From positions 248,001 to 312,000 of the forward strand of contig RSEE01000039.1 in NCBI GenBank assembly GCA_003971905.1: a stretch of DNA of 64,000 nt. Reading direction: 5' to 3'. A program made the position numbers and the translations under genes. Of this stretch, positions 1-13,395 are shown piece after piece (the first letter of the stretch is position 1; each line of letters opens with the position of its first letter). The DNA is from Moniliella sp. 'wahieum' (Eukaryota). The notes beneath the pieces are model-generated. The model had not been told where the DNA came from and searched no databases. It worked only from the letters and a program-made list of their open reading frames with translations.

Positions 1-385
1 ACGCGTCGTACCCCTGTCGGCGGAGGACAAGGCGGACCAAGGCAAGACCCAGCTTCGTCCTGAGGCAGCCAAAGGACGCCGCAACGCGATGCGGGACAAG
101 GCTAAGGCCCGCGCAGCCGCAGCAGCTGCTGCAACTACCGTCGTGGCTTCCTCTTCGGACGATGAGGAGGAGGAAGCGGCGCCTCCTACAGCCCGGGAAG
201 CAGCTCTGGCCCGACCTAGCAGCGATCGTGCGAATCGGCTGGGTGGGCCCGGACCTGCGGTGCCTCGTGCATTGCGTCAACAGCTCGCTGATACTTCCAT
301 CACCCCCGCCATGCGGGCGCGCATCGAACGCGAAAAGAGGGCCCGCGCGGCAGAGGAACGGATGCGCAGGCTGCAGGGCAATTGA
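1..385 (+). CDS. VMS1: 3' end of a Vms1/ANKZF1-like protein (5'-truncated by the window edge)
   Basis: The frame is open from position 2 to TGA at 383-385. A charged helical tail ends in RIEREKRARAAEERMRRLQG, which matches the Cdc48/VCP-interacting motif (R-x5-AA-x2-R) that ends fungal Vms1. Confidence 0.6.
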   Translation, partial: RVVPLSAEDKADQGKTQLRPEAAKGRRNAMRDKAKARAAAAAAATTVVASSSDDEEEEAAPPTAREAALARPSSDRANRLGGPGPAVPRALRQQLADTSITPAMRARIEREKRARAAEERMRRLQGN

Positions 386-1551
386 ATTCATTCTTGTTCT
401 CCCTCTCACACTACGCGTCCTCATTCGTTTCTTGGGTATGCAGACTCAGAGGGAGATGGGGAAAGGGGAGGAAGGTGTGGCTCCCTGGGGAAATTGTCAG
501 AATCGTGGGAGGTTTAACCTGGTATCATTGGTGCGAAGATATTGAAGCCTGAGCCTGACAACAGGGAAAACTTCAGTGGGGAGAGCAGATCACAAAAGTT
601 ACAGATACAGGAGCAACCAGAACCAACAAGAGCAAGAGACCTCATCCGTACTTGGCAATGAACTTGTGGGAAATTGACTAAGCGAGCGCAGAAGGCTCAG
701 AAATGATGGCGAGGAAGAGACTTGATGCGCAGCAACATATGCGACCGCTCGCGGTAGGCTCATCCTTGCAAAAGCCTGAGCCCCACTGTGACGCAGATTC
801 CGATCGCATCCGTACTGGTCGGGCCGGCGAAGGGTCTCGACAGAGCGGGAATGACTTTGGCCAGCAAGTCAACCTCAGCGAGGAGGCACATTCTCCTTTC
901 ATTAGTCCCGCCGAACATCAGGCACGGAAGAGCAAGTGGAACGTGTCCTTCATCTTGCGTGAGCGTGAACGGACTGAGCATCACCAGCGTGTATGCATGA
1001 CCGTATCCTGCTGCTTTTGACCCACAGATCACACGTCGCTCCTTCCTCTTCCCCTTATAGGCGGCTTGATCATAGTATAACGTCTCCATCCTTCTCTAGC
1101 TGGCCTGACAGAAAAGCAAAAGAGGCCGATGGAAACCTTCTTGCGATTCAGGGCTAGGATGGCATTGTGCAAGTAGGCCAACTCGAATTACCGGCCCTAA
1201 TAACCGACCAATCCTTCGAGATAGAGTTGAAGGGAGCCAACTCCACTCCTGGGCAATCGCATGCATGCTGCTGCCGGTGAATCCCTCATGTCCTTGTTTA
1301 ACTTTTGCGACTACAATCGATTCATTATACAACTAATCGGTCCGGTTCTTCAGACCTGTATTGTGAAGTTGTCAAGGTGTTACAATGGCATCGTGCTCTG
1401 GGGGGCCCAACCCTTGGTATTGGCATGACCTCGATCAAGAAGTCTGGTCATATTCTTGAGGATTAAACGTGAAGGCGAGGGGGAAACAAAGCGTACCTTA
1501 CTTCTCTTCGTTGAGTCTCAGCTCTGAACTCTGAGCTTCAAGGAGAATTGA

Positions 1552-2077
1552 TTAGCTTCGCTTTGCCTCCACAATCTCGACCCAGTACAAGTCAGGATCG
1601 TAATGAAGGCGATGTGGCGCATGCGGCCGTCCTCCGGACGCTGTAGGCAAGACGAATGTGGTTAGATCACACGTAGGCGGTGGAGGACGGAAAGGGAGTA
1701 TAGGATGAGATGGAAACGCACCTTCTTGAAGCGCACGCCATGGGCGTCAAAGTGCTTGACAGCCTCCTCGAGCGAGTCAACAGCGATGCAGATGTGGCCA
1801 AAACCTTGCTTGTCCTGCTCATTGCCGTTCACATATACCTGGCCCTCCTCCTTCTCGGTACCCTTGTTCCAGGTGAGCTCCAGACGGCCTCACGAGAAAA
1901 AACGGACGCTTCTTGGCTTCCATGCTTGTAGCCCAAGAAGTAGAGGACAAAGGATCCGTTGTCAGACTCGCGCAAAAGGTCCATGCCCAGCACGTCCTTG
2001 TAGAATGCGAGCGATGCCTTCGGATCTTTGACCCGGATCATGGTGTGGTTGAAGCGGAAGGATGCGCGAGGATCCAT
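1552..2077 (-). CDS. GLO1: Glyoxalase I (lactoylglutathione lyase), single-domain
   Basis: Motifs FNHTMIRVKDPKASLAFY, LELTWNKGTE, GFGHICIAVD and DPDLYWVEIV. GT-AG intron 1641-1721. Two apparent 1-bp deletions near 1885 and 1600. Confidence 0.92.
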
Positions 2078-3677
2078 GATGGCGGGGCACAGGGGGCGAA
2101 AATAGTAGAAGATGTGATGGTGGGGGTGGTGGTGGTGCGACGTTGAAGCTCCTTAGCTTCAAGTGATGCGTTTGATGGATGGTCTGATGAACTAAGTGTT
2201 GTACTGTGCACGGATGTCGCACCAGCCAATGAGATGTCGAACTTCACGGAAAATTACGTCAGAGGTACTGGATACTGGCATTACTTTCCGATTCTCCCGA
2301 TGATGGATCGATGATGCGTGGTCTTCAGTTGTCCTGGCTGCAGTTGCTCCCCTACGATCTATCAGAGCAATCAACATACCCGGCTGCGCTTTCCGGCCCT
2401 CTCCTTTGTTTCCTCTCAGGTCTGTTTTGCTTCTCTTGTATGGCCTACGCGTATACGCCGCAGGCGAATGTGGCGACACCGCGGGCGAATATGTATGACG
2501 TTGCGCTGCACTATAATGCAAGGAATCGAGCCTAGTACTACTAGTACGCACAAGGTCTTGTGTGCATGCACTAATGAATCTCTGCGGTGCCACCCTATAA
2601 TGTTCGACAAGCGACCCCAATTAGTGCAGCTAACATAGGGTACTCCATCTGTCCTTGACGACTTGAGCTTTTGAAAAGTGTAGAGCCATCGGTGGCTCGT
2701 GCCTTGAATAATGTCCCTTCAGTTCCTCCTCACAGGCCTGGGAGTTCCGTTATTTTCTCTCTCCTGTTCTTCCTTGTTCCGCAGCTTAGTAGCCCCTGGT
2801 TGCAACTCGCTGCTCGATGTTCCTCTGTAGGCCTTGCTGTTGGCTTAGACCACCACCACCAGTGCGATTGCATCACCATCGAGGGAAGGACTCATGGCAG
2901 TCTTTCAACAGGCGTATATCTCTTCGTCCGCGCGTCAGCGCCATCAGCATCCCTTGGCTATACTCATTCGTCATTGTCATGCAGCAGATTAGGGCTTTGG
3001 GCACGTCCTGTAGAGAGGACGCACACACTCATATCCCACACCAGGTTTGAATATACGTTTCGAACGTTGAACGTTGATGCCTGTAGCGATACGGCCTACG
3101 GCCTACCACTCGATCCAGAGATATACTGCATGTGTGATGTCGATGAGATCATAGTTGTACAGCATAGTTAGGTCTAGCCCCTCATCATCACATGCGCTCT
3201 TATCCAGCACTTTTGCACTTATCATGTGAATACGATTAACATATCTTCAAGGGATTCGGACAGTCTGGTTCTCATTACACCGCTCCACAAGCGCTTAGTC
3301 CTCAGCCAGCGCGCCAACCACCGCCTCTGCGCTCGCCTACACACTATGGTCGAGGGTTACCGCTTACCGGTTATTCCGAAATTAATGACTTGCGATACCA
3401 TATGTGTGTATGGTCCGCGCGGGACAACCCTCAGTGTGCCCGATTTTGATTCACACCCTCGGATCGAGAGACCCCTCCAGCAGAAGAGCTCTTCACAAAA
3501 GCCAGACAGTGATTCCTCAAGCCTTCTGTGTTCCCACAACCCCAACTGTGACTATCTTTCTGGGGCAGAAGGCCAATGACCATCGACTTCTTTTTGGATG
3601 GCTCTTTCAATAGTACCACCATATACTCCAACATCCACACGGTCCGCTTCTCGTGTACATTTTTGTGCTTATTCCCC

Positions 3678-5533
3678 ATGGCTTACACGTACGACGACAG
3701 GACCATGGACTACGATCCGCATGACACGTATGGTCGGTATGCGGAAGACGAAGATGCATCACCCAGGCCATACGAATTCGACTACGGCGTCAGCAATAGT
3801 CACTCATATGGTCGGCACCAATATGAATACCCACTCCAACATCAGCAAAACCGGCGATTTCGCAATGTTCTCGCCCCAGCCGAGTACGCTTACAACCAAG
3901 ATCAGTATGGCTATGCGACTCATTACGTTGGGCACGCGGCTGAGCCCTCCTACGGTGTTTACGGCGATCAGAATGCTGCTGTTCCTCCGCGGGAAATGGG
4001 AGAGAGAGGTTACAGTTCCCCATTGGCCAGTGGTGCCGACAACACGTCTAATACCAGTGCTGCTGCCTATGGGGCTGGACACGCAGGAAGTCGTTCCACC
4101 CTAGAGGACATTTGGGCATCAGATGCGAGCCATGGTCACTCCCGTGGCCGTGACGACACGTTCACATCTCCCCTCTCGGGTACGTCCTCATCGCACTGCA
4201 TCGGTCATTACCTACTTTCTGTTCCTAACATCGTTTTCCCCTGTGTGAACAAGGACTGCATTTTGCGTTTGATCTTGGCAGGCATTGGCGTTGTTTGCGG
4301 GGTCATGCTCGCTGTGGTGGTAAGCACCTATCAAGACTGGTTCATACAAGTGCTAATCCTCTTCTTTGCCTAATGTTCCTGCAGTTTATTCGTCCACCCA
4401 ACATTGGATTAGCAGGCTACACGACGCCTACCGCGTACATCCAGAATCAAACATTGATGCTCAACACTACTGTCTACGCAAGCGTGTCAAATCCCAATTC
4501 AGTTGGGGTAAAGGTAAAGAACCTGCACGCTTCTATCTATGAGCGCAACGTACAGATGCTGTGCTGGGTACTTCGCAAGACAAAAATCTTCAGATCAACT
4601 CGCACTCTAACACACGCTCGCCATCCCGTCCAGTTTCAACTGGCCTCTGCAGAAAACTTGACTGCCAATTCGCAAACAATCCAAGACGTGGCCCACAACT
4701 GCGGATGGGATTCAACCGGTTTATCGAATGTCCTGCTGGTTCGCATGAGACCATATCCTACTACGATCGTCGTGGTGGGAATTTCCATGCCTTGGAGCAG
4801 CAAACAGGAACCATCCCGTTGCTCGTCAACTTGGACATAAAGGTATCGGTCATGGCTGTACGCTTCCACACTCCAGTAGACAATGTCGCTTTGGATGTTG
4901 CCTGTCCCAATTTGTCACCCTTGTTCGGGAGGAGCGCCATGGCAGCAGTGCCTCTAGTTCGCCTTCCAGTAGCCCGAGCAGTGCAACCAGCTCAGCAAGT
5001 TCGACTACCATGAGCACCAATACTGTGACGGTGGTACCGACTTACAGCCCTCAAAGCAGTACCACGAGTACACCATCCAGTTCTACAACCAGCACTACTT
5101 ACATGTACGTCGGGCGTGCTCTCTGATCCATCTACGAGAACATATGCTGACCCATCGCTGTGTTCGCTTCTTCATATGTTGAATGGGGTTCATTTATGTC
5201 CGCCCATTTATACGCGCCTTCCTCACTTACCACTCTCGGCTATTCCGACATTAAGCCCACCTCCAACCACAACAATCCAGAATCCATCGCCTACTTACTT
5301 TACTACCTACCCTTGTTTCTACACCAACGCCCACGCCCACTCCTACCCCCACTTCCACATCCGCTAGTATCTTCACCCCGTCGACAGTCACAACGACCGA
5401 TGTGGGTGACTCGAGCGATTCTACGGTAAACTCATTGGTGAGCAATGCCCAAGGCGTGGGCAACGCTCTCAGTGGCATCCTCAGTTTCCTCTCTGTGGGA
5501 AGCATGCCAATTCGTCGGACTGCTGCTTCCTGA
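3678..5533 (+). CDS. Single-pass membrane protein with a LEA_2-like domain and a Ser/Thr/Pro-rich C-terminus
   Basis: Tyr/Gly-rich N-terminus, hydrophobic segment LILAGIGVVCGVMLAVV, then FIRPPNIG...ASVSNPNSVGVKVKNLHASIY. Introns at about 4180-4253 and 4320-4384. The SSTT/PTPTPT-rich tail to TGA 5531-5533 is reconstructed across frameshifts, so the end is approximate. Confidence 0.55.
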
Positions 5534-6015
5534 GCTATCTCCTGAAACGCCTCAGACGCGTTTTGCCAAAATCGTCGTCTGCAGGTTTTGTTGTTGTGTG
5601 TATACTCTCGAGCCACTGATGGGCGCACCGCCTCTCTCCGTCCTTGTTGTCTAGCTTTTCGTTACATGCCACACGTTGTTGTTCGCCACTTGTTTATTTC
5701 TCTCCCCAAGGTTGACCGTTTCGATCATTCGAATAACTGCCTCCACAGAATGGATCACTGGCTGATTTGCTCTGGTCTCCTGGCGATCCCAACAGGGTGA
5801 AGGTTGCTCGTCTCAGTCCCATCCCAGCTGCGTATCATCTCTCACCAAATCTACAAGCCGAATAGAAGATGGAAGGTCGAATACCGTAGATATGCATATG
5901 CAGGCGATAGACAGTCTTGGGCAGATAGACCAACTTTTGGGATGCTCCAACGTCCGGGTAGTGAAAATGAAACGAGGGAGCAGGGGACGGGAATGAGCAA
6001 CGAAATGAGTTGCGT

Positions 6016-6414
6016 TTAGTCGAAGAGACCAAAGCCCATGTCGTCGTCGGACTCCTCCTCCTCCTTCTCCTCCTTCTTCTCCTCAGCGGCGGGGGCCTCA
6101 CCGCCAGCGGCAGCGCCAGCAGCGGGGGCAGCCGCGGCCACGGCACCACCAGCGGGAACCGAGGCAAGCTTCTCGGCGCCCTGGGCAATGAGCTTTCAAA
6201 GATAAATGCTAGTCTTCCCTTCTTGGTACTATCAATGACGAGAGGGGTAACGTACCTCCGAGACGTCCTTGCCGGAAAGCTCGGCCACGACCTTCTCGAG
6301 GCGCTCAGCGTCAGCCTCAATGCCGACGGTGGCAAGGAGGGAAGTGACGTCCTTGGCCGAGGGGGCGGCGTTGCCACCGGAAACGAGCAGGAGGTAAGCG
6401 GCGACGTGCTTCAT
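6016..6414 (-). CDS. RPP2: 60S acidic ribosomal protein P2
   Basis: Exon 1 [19 protein letters not shown]..., intron 6193-6255, exon 2 [13 protein letters not shown]...[14 protein letters not shown]. Intact, 111 aa. Confidence 0.97.
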
Positions 6415-6489
6415 CTTGGTCAACTAGAGAGGTTGTTGGTAAGAAGCTAGCCTGGCTTGGCGGAGGATGAAGGTGGAAGACGGATGATG

Positions 6490-6497
6490 TTAGGGTT
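6490..6497 (-). promoter_or_regulatory. Telobox/Tbf1-type site AACCCTAA upstream of RPP2
   Basis: TTAGGGTT on the + strand, about 75 bp upstream of the RPP2 ATG. A TCACGTGAC (bHLH/Cbf1-like) site lies at 6587-6595. Confidence 0.45.
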
Positions 6498-6873
6498 GGG
6501 GGCGACTCAATATTCTAGAAGAACAGTGGCCTCGTGCCCGGCTATACCGCAGCAAGCTACAGATGCAAGCGGTTGGGGTTGGGGTCTCACGTGACTCTGC
6601 GTTTGCCAACAAGTTTACCCCACGGAATTTGGGAGCTTCGATATGCTGATGATCGATGAGTGCACTTTCACCGGCCACCTTCCATCTAGTTCATTGTCAT
6701 TTGCCAGCAGGACTGTCCTCGGCAGCTCGATATGGTCCATCCCGCAACCACGCTGTGGCCATTTTGCACCATGTAATACAGCGTCTAATACCAAGGATGG
6801 ACTGGTGGCATCCGACAACAATGAGTTGAATTGGATTCCAAAACCTTGATTAGAACAGCACTTGTATTACCGT

Positions 6874-9073
6874 TTACTCTGTAATTGCCTCAATCTCTCC
6901 GGGCGAAGGAGAGTATTGACGTTGCACCACCTCGACCAAGACGGCGCGCCGAATCCACTTGCGACGACGGGTGTTGTTGCCCATTTCTGCGCGGGAGGTC
7001 ATGTTCTCCCAGCTGTTGCCGCCATATTGCCAGCCCTCGGCATCGACTTCCAAAGTGTCAGGGGCCGATGTAGGTGCCTCTGCGCCAAAGGTGGACAGGG
7101 CAAGTAGATTGGTGGCTGACAGCCGAGCTCGGAGCGAGGCGCTCAAGGTCCCTGCCAGCGTCGCCGCCTGCCCGGCTAGACCACTCGCTACACTTCTGGT
7201 GATAGTGGAAGCTCCATCGTCATTCTCGATGTGGGAGGCGTATTGCGGCATAGCCGAAAGGTACCCCGTCCCGGCGATCGTCCACTCAGGATCGATCCAC
7301 TCCCAGCGAGAAAGGCGCTTGACGTACACCCCACCAACCCCAACGGGATTAAGTTGCAACTGAGCTTGTGGGAGGGTAAAGGAAGATGGAGGAAGCGTAC
7401 ATTGTCTTGTTCGTCCGACCTAGGAAATGAACGTCAGAGTGCACACTGAATATAGTAGAAAAAGACGTACCAGCTTGCTCGCTCTTGTGGTAGGAGCGCC
7501 GCGGTCCAATCCAACCCGATCCACCACCTTTGGTTTTCAAAAATGGAGAACTGGTAAACCACATCGCGGAACTCTTCAATCTCCCGTCCTCCAATACCGG
7601 AAATGGGTTTGAGAATACCCTCCGACAAGACTGGGCCAATGACCACACTCGGCTGCTCTTGGTCGTCGAGATGGAACGGATCTCGCCGTTCCCGCGGGCT
7701 CAGCCCCTCAACCAGGTGCGAAGACTTCAATGGGCCAGCCACATTGCACGCCCGTTTGACAAAAATGGCATGCAGATTGTAGTACTTCATGTTCTCCTGC
7801 TCCAGATAGCCTAGGGTGAAGGCACAGACCCTACGAGTCACATAGCGGACAAAGGCACTGCTCCACAAGGCATGGCGGATGAGGACAAAAACGGGAGAGC
7901 ACCAGGTGAGCACAAGGGTCCCCCCAATAAGAAATCCTGTCGACACGTCCAAGCTGAAGAAAGGGAAAGGGGGACAATGGGAATAGCGATTGCATCGTTC
8001 CCATGCACCGTGTGGAGCACTCGGAGGCTTACACTTCGGCTCAGAGCAATACCCTGCCTGCTCAAAGCATGAATGTAGGGATGCACGATGGCCCAGTACT
8101 GCGTCGCCGTGTTAATAAAAGGCCGAGCATGTTGAATAAACTGTTCGGCCCTCTTATACTGCGAGACCCAATGGAGTGCATGTTCTTTCCCCGCCGTGGT
8201 GAGAAGGATCATATGGCGCCAGACCCAGGACAAGGTGAGACACGCGGTTTCCGTCGCTCGCGTGCCGGTAGGCACAAAGACGAATGCGATCCGGGGGATA
8301 CCGAAATAGCTCCATGGGAGCACACAGATCAAGTAGAGAGGATACGTAACGACTAAGAAGACGGCCAAAGCTAGGGTGACTTGCGGGTCAGACCAGTCGA
8401 CTGCGCGGCGGCATGGACGGATCAAGTGCGAATAGAACGCGCTCGCAAAATCAGCGAGCTCGTCCAGCTGAGCCAATGTGGTGGCCAATGTCGCGGCACT
8501 GGCCACAGTGATGATCTGATCTTCCTGCGCCCCACGAACAATGACCCTTTTGCTACCCATCACGTCCCCAATCTGCTTGGGAGGGGGCGCGCCGCGCAGT
8601 GGGGCCCAGTGGGCTTTGAGGTAATACCACCCGATCGATCCGAGGAGTAGAACTTGCGGTGCATACCGGATCAGGGGTACGCGAACTTGCACACTGCCCA
8701 CCATGCCAGAACAAGGAGCACACTCAGCGGAGCGCTATGAGGGCCGGCGGTCCATGTGGCCAATCGAACAGTCCCATTGAGCGCGGCAATGACGGGGGCG
8801 AAGATAGATAGCAGCCTTACGACTCCCGTGGGGAGGTTAATCACATCACGGTCAGACAATGGCCGGAGATTCTCATCGTAACCCTCGGTCTCGGTCTCAG
8901 ATTCGGATTCCACTTCCGTTTCAGCTTGCTCTCGCCCATGACATCCTTCCGTGTAGGCATAGTGGTTTCCAGAGCATGCAAAGCCGTTGCGTGTGGCCCC
9001 GATCCGCATCGCGCCTTGAATCGGCCTGGTTGAATGCCTCGACGGCTCTGGGAGGGGCTCCGATGGAAGCCAT
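6874..9073 (-). CDS. Pex23/Pex30-family peroxin (membrane segments plus dysferlin domain)
   Basis: Dysferlin motifs FSIFENQRWWIGLDWTAALLPQERASW, WEWIDPEW and DAEGWQYG...TRRRKWIRRA, with N-terminal hydrophobic segments. Intron at about 7360-7470. Several frameshifts; the start is approximate. Confidence 0.85.
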
Positions 9074-9264
9074 AGTGGCGAGTGGTGGGGTAGAGACAGC
9101 CGTCCAGCTGTCAGGTTGGCGATGCCGGCATTCCCCACACTCCTGACCTAATCTCCGCCCTTGACGGCTGAGTACCTGAGTGAAAGCCCAGAGCAATTAA
9201 ATGTTCAACGATTTCTCCAGTTTCTGCAACCTCTCTAGGTATTTGTAGCCATATCATTGCCAGA

Positions 9265-9650
9265 GCTTAAGCGCTCAAGGCTGGGACAAAAAAACGCTGC
9301 GCCTCAACTGACCTTCATCCGGCGTATGTTGCTTGTTGGTATGAAGCTAAGAGATGAAGCTATCGGTCGATGAAGCGTCAGCTGGACGCTTGAAGAGGTG
9401 AAGCGCTGAACTTCAGCGTGTGTTGAACGTTCATTCAACGTTCACCGGTCACCGGTGAGGTCACTCCTGAGGCTCTTCTTGGTCAGCTGCTTCAACGCTT
9501 CAGGTATAATATCGACGAGACACTGACCAGAGTTACTGGTTACTAGCTTTACTAGAACCAGTTACTGGTTACGAATGACTTCGTCGCACGACCCTTCCAC
9601 CTCCGCTCCACTCCACCCTCCACGTCCGCTTTAAAACTGACTAGTCACAA
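9265..9650. repeat. Cluster of xyTNAy'x' palindromic heptamers upstream of the peroxin gene
   Basis: GTTGAAC 9422, GTTCACC-GGTCACC-GGTGAGG 9440-9460, CCTGAGG 9466, AGTTACTGGTTAC twice (9531, 9560), TGACTAGTCA 9638. Confidence 0.75.
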
Positions 9651-10930
9651 TGACCCAGTGAATGACTTGACTCGATACTTGATGTGGCGTGTGGAGGCGG
9701 AGGCGGAGTTTGATGTTCTATCATACCTGTTCCGCACTTCGTTTCTACACGGGAAACTTTTGCTGCAGGTAGCTGTTTGTGGCTCTGCACCATCGTCATT
9801 ACCAGTGAACGTGAACGAGCATCCTACCGACATTAAGGTTCGGCTCGTGACCGCCTCTCTTGTCTCCCTTTGGTCTCTCTCTTCAACGGGTAAGTTTTAC
9901 ATCCGATCCCATCTGGCATTCAAGATGACAAAAGGCGAGACGCCTGACTTCTAACCCAGCTCTTCGCACGCCTGATTCCTCTCCTCGGAGAGTTGAGTCG
10001 GCAATGAGAACAATAGTTACCTCACTGAGCTTTGTTTTCACGGTACCGGAATTGGTCGCTGACTCCCTGTTCTTTCTGCTATTCTTTGCTGCCCTCCCCA
10101 GGGTTTAACGTTTAACGTTTAAGTGGGAATCGGGCGTCGAGTATCAATTGTCAAGCAACTACTGCCCTCACCTATATCACGGTCATGTGCACATCCATTC
10201 GTTCTGCCCTAATGCGATAAACTTTCTGCAATTACCTTCAAGCTTCACTCCTTCCCGGTACGTATCCCCTCTCTCGAATGCCGTCCACTACCTGGTCATG
10301 AATACATTTCTGTTCCACACCCAGACCACGTTTGTCTCTAGTAGAGCCCTTCATAACTATCTCAGCTTACCCTCTTTTTGGTATGGTTGTGCTCCTGACA
10401 GTGTGCATTCAACGAGCACGCTACTACCGCGGTCTCGTAAACTCTGCATCCCTACATAACACCCTCCGGACTGCCTGCTCGAGGTAACCTCCGGGAGAGG
10501 GGAGAGCCCTCGATCTCATCGCTGGTCTCGCCGTCGCCACCACACAGGGGCGAAGTCTCAATGTTCCTTCTCGACAACCAGCAAATGAGACGCTGGCGAG
10601 ATGATGCGAAAGGGGTGAAGCACTAGCATGGTCCGCCATCCCACCACCAATGCGGCCTCACGTACAAAATCCCCTGTCACACACGACAGAAGATGAGCGC
10701 GGTGAGCCACCCATTACATGTCACACCTACCCGCCAACAACTACCATGAATTGGTCAGGATATATCATGCGTATAGTAGAGGTGTACGTGTATGGTAGTG
10801 TCCGCATGCCTTCACCCTCTTATCACCTTCGCGTTCCTCAAGGACGGGCAGGCATCAGAACAGGTCGTGGTGGCCAGCGATTTAGGAAAAGGAGCCCATC
10901 GTCACCGGCTACCACTACAAAAGAGGTAGT

Positions 10931-12834
10931 TTAGTCGACGGTGGGCGACGGCGGACGATGAGTGGGACAGCCAACACCACGAGCCAGCCATCCTTGAAGG
11001 CAGGTTTCATGGAATACGCACAAGCACGCCATTCGTGCCACCGCTTCGCCTATCTCAAAGTCTTCCATGCAAATTGGGCATTCGTCACCCAAGAGTGGGT
11101 TGCCTTCGGCCAACTTGTCTCGCGCGTAGCGGGAATAGATCGACTCGTGTGTATGCGGGTGCGGACGAGCCGGTGTAGGCACCGCCATTTGGGTACGAGG
11201 TAGGGTTCGAATCCCACTCGCCGCCAACAGTGCAGTGGTGGGGGACTCGATGCACTCTCGCACGTGTGCCTCCAGCACCTCAGTCTGCCCTACTGGCGCA
11301 ACAGGGAGTGTGCACACTGGGCACTCGAGCATGCTCGGACGAGACGGAGGTGCTTGACGAAGCGCAGACGAAGACGAATGGACGTGCGCGGGAAGTGAAC
11401 GGGAAACGAGGGGCGAAGGTGACCCAAAAAAGTAAGAGGAAACATATTGCGAAAAGGCATTGCGTTCTCCCGAATCAGGGTTCCTTGAGCTGGTGGAACG
11501 CTCGATCCTCCGTGCCGTCACTGGAGCCGGGAAAGGGGTTGTCCGCATGGGGCCAGGAGAGTGAGTAAGGGGCGCCCGGGGCAAAATGAGACCCTTGTTC
11601 AATGTGCTGCTGACCCAAAACCAAGGCACACTCATCGCAGACTCGCACCGGATCAGACTCGGTGTCGTCAGGCGGCAACGGCGTAGGAGGCGGTACCGAG
11701 ATGCTGCGCGAGTGGTTCGATCCAGCAGGAGGCCTCGCCATGCGTGGGTCATAACTCATATTGGGAGGGAGCACAATCAGATGCTGAGGGATAATGGCGC
11801 GGCGACGGGTGCACTGTGCACAGCACACCCTTCCGCACGAACGACAATGGTGCCGCCGAGTAAAGAGGGTGAAAAGACGATGACATAAATGGCACTCGGG
11901 TGTTGCGGAATCGGGCTCCCATGTGGCACGGCCCTCCAACCATGGGGCACGAGAAGGAGCCGAAGACGAGGGCAAGGCAGAGGAAGGTTGTCCTGACTCT
12001 GGGGGAAGGATCAAGGGAGCAAGTGGGGCTGGCGCTGGTATGGGCTCTGAGGCCTGGGGCGGGGAGCGCGAGGAGCTCCGACCTGCATCTGCATCATCCA
12101 CACCAGCAAGCGTACCGAAACGATCCAGCTCAGGTGCCGTAGATGTAAGCGAATTCCTTGGTACACCTGCGGTGATCGATCTCGGAGTAAGGGGACGATT
12201 CAGACTGGGACTGGGTAGCCTGAGGAGCGGACATGGCCAGTCCTGCAGGGCCTGGAGAAGGGCAAGGAGCGCTGGTTTCAGCGGGAGGTGCGAAGTCCAA
12301 ATATGAATGAGAGAGAGATGAGAAATCAGGGTTGCGGGGCGACTCTGGATGGAGGGAATCTGGCCTGGAGTGAGAGAAGGCGTGAGTCTCATCCGAGGGG
12401 GCAGAGGCTGGTACAGGACGCAGCGGGGAGTTGAGTGACAAGCCGTCCAGAGAGAGCGAGGCCAAACCATCCTCCACGGGAGTGGGAGGAAGCGAACGGC
12501 TATGGGCCATATTGGGATTCACATGGGGAGCATCTGCGGCCGAGGGTGCAACAAATGCTGATGAAGTGCGGTGCGTCAAACTGGCTGCAACAGGGGCGTT
12601 GGGATCCGAGTCGGAAGAGGAATCGCTAACAGGCAATGAAGAAGAAGGAGATGAATAGGCCGATGCGTCGGCGCCAGGAATCTCGGCGGGGACATCCTGA
12701 GGACCAGACCCCGTGTTGTCGCTGAATAGTCCAGTGTGAGATCCGGATGGCTGGAGTTGGGCATGGGGACAGGGGGGGGAGGAGGATGAGGCGGCTGCCT
12801 GGTCAAGAGGCATGGCAGACGACGCGGGAGACAT
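10931..12834 (-). CDS. PIB1: FYVE + RING-H2 E3 ubiquitin ligase (Pib1-like)
   Basis: FYVE domain WEPDSATPECHLCHRLFTLFTRRHHCRSCGRVCC...VRVCDEC. C-terminal RING-H2 CPICMEDFEIGEAVARMACLCVFHETCLQGWLARGVGCPTH. Spread over three frames by indels. Confidence 0.85.
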
Positions 12835-13005
12835 AGCAGAAGACTTTGTGGCAGCCAGACCGGGGGGCAGCCGTGGGAGATCCGACTGCGCTCATGGCAA
12901 TGACAAGTGGATGGGGGTGGCGGTGGTGGCGGTGGTGGCGGCGGGTGGCGCCGATAAAGGGTTGCTCGATTGCTGCTTGCAATTCCTGAGCCGCACATTG
13001 GCTGG

Positions 13006-13310
13006 GATGATGCATGATGCATGATGCATGATGATGATGCATGATGCATGCATGACTCAGGCCATACTCGGCCTGGGTATCAGCAGCTGCTCAGCCTGAG
13101 CATCACCCGTCACCGGTCACACCCCGCACAGTCACCGGCCAAGTCACACATCGCCGCCTAAGCCCCCCCTCAGCGCCTCAGCATGCCCCGTGCCCCAGAG
13201 CCTCACGCGTGACGCCATGCGTCACGCGACACGCCGCGTGCTGACATAAGCCTACTCTCCTAGGTAACCGGTAACCTGCAGGGAACCTAGCGGTCGCCGG
13301 TCACGGTGAT
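13006..13310. repeat. Palindromic heptamer cluster in the PIB1/RPS20 divergent promoter
   Basis: (CATGATG)n 13006-13050, GCTCAGC 13089, GTCACCGGTCAC 13109, CGTGACG/CGTCACG 13208-13226, (GGTAACC)2 13263-13276. Confidence 0.85.
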
Positions 13311-13395
13311 GTCAAAGGTAGATTTGAAATGAAAAACAATCTGCCATTTCAGCTCGAGCAAAGAGTGCGGGGGTTATTTACACGGCAGATGACAC

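Noticed and set aside
400..1500. Short ORFs between VMS1 and GLO1
   Set aside because: No recognisable domain or consistent exon structure.
6010..6450. Long antisense ORFs over real genes (also 25706-26251, 47436-48023, 52620-53408)
   Set aside because: They are shadow ORFs expected from GC-rich codon bias and contain no recognisable motifs.
10003..10063. C/D-box snoRNA candidate (ATGAGA...CTGA...CTGA)
   Set aside because: The C box is imperfect, only about 8 nt of possible rRNA complementarity is visible, and the last CTGA fits better as a branch point.
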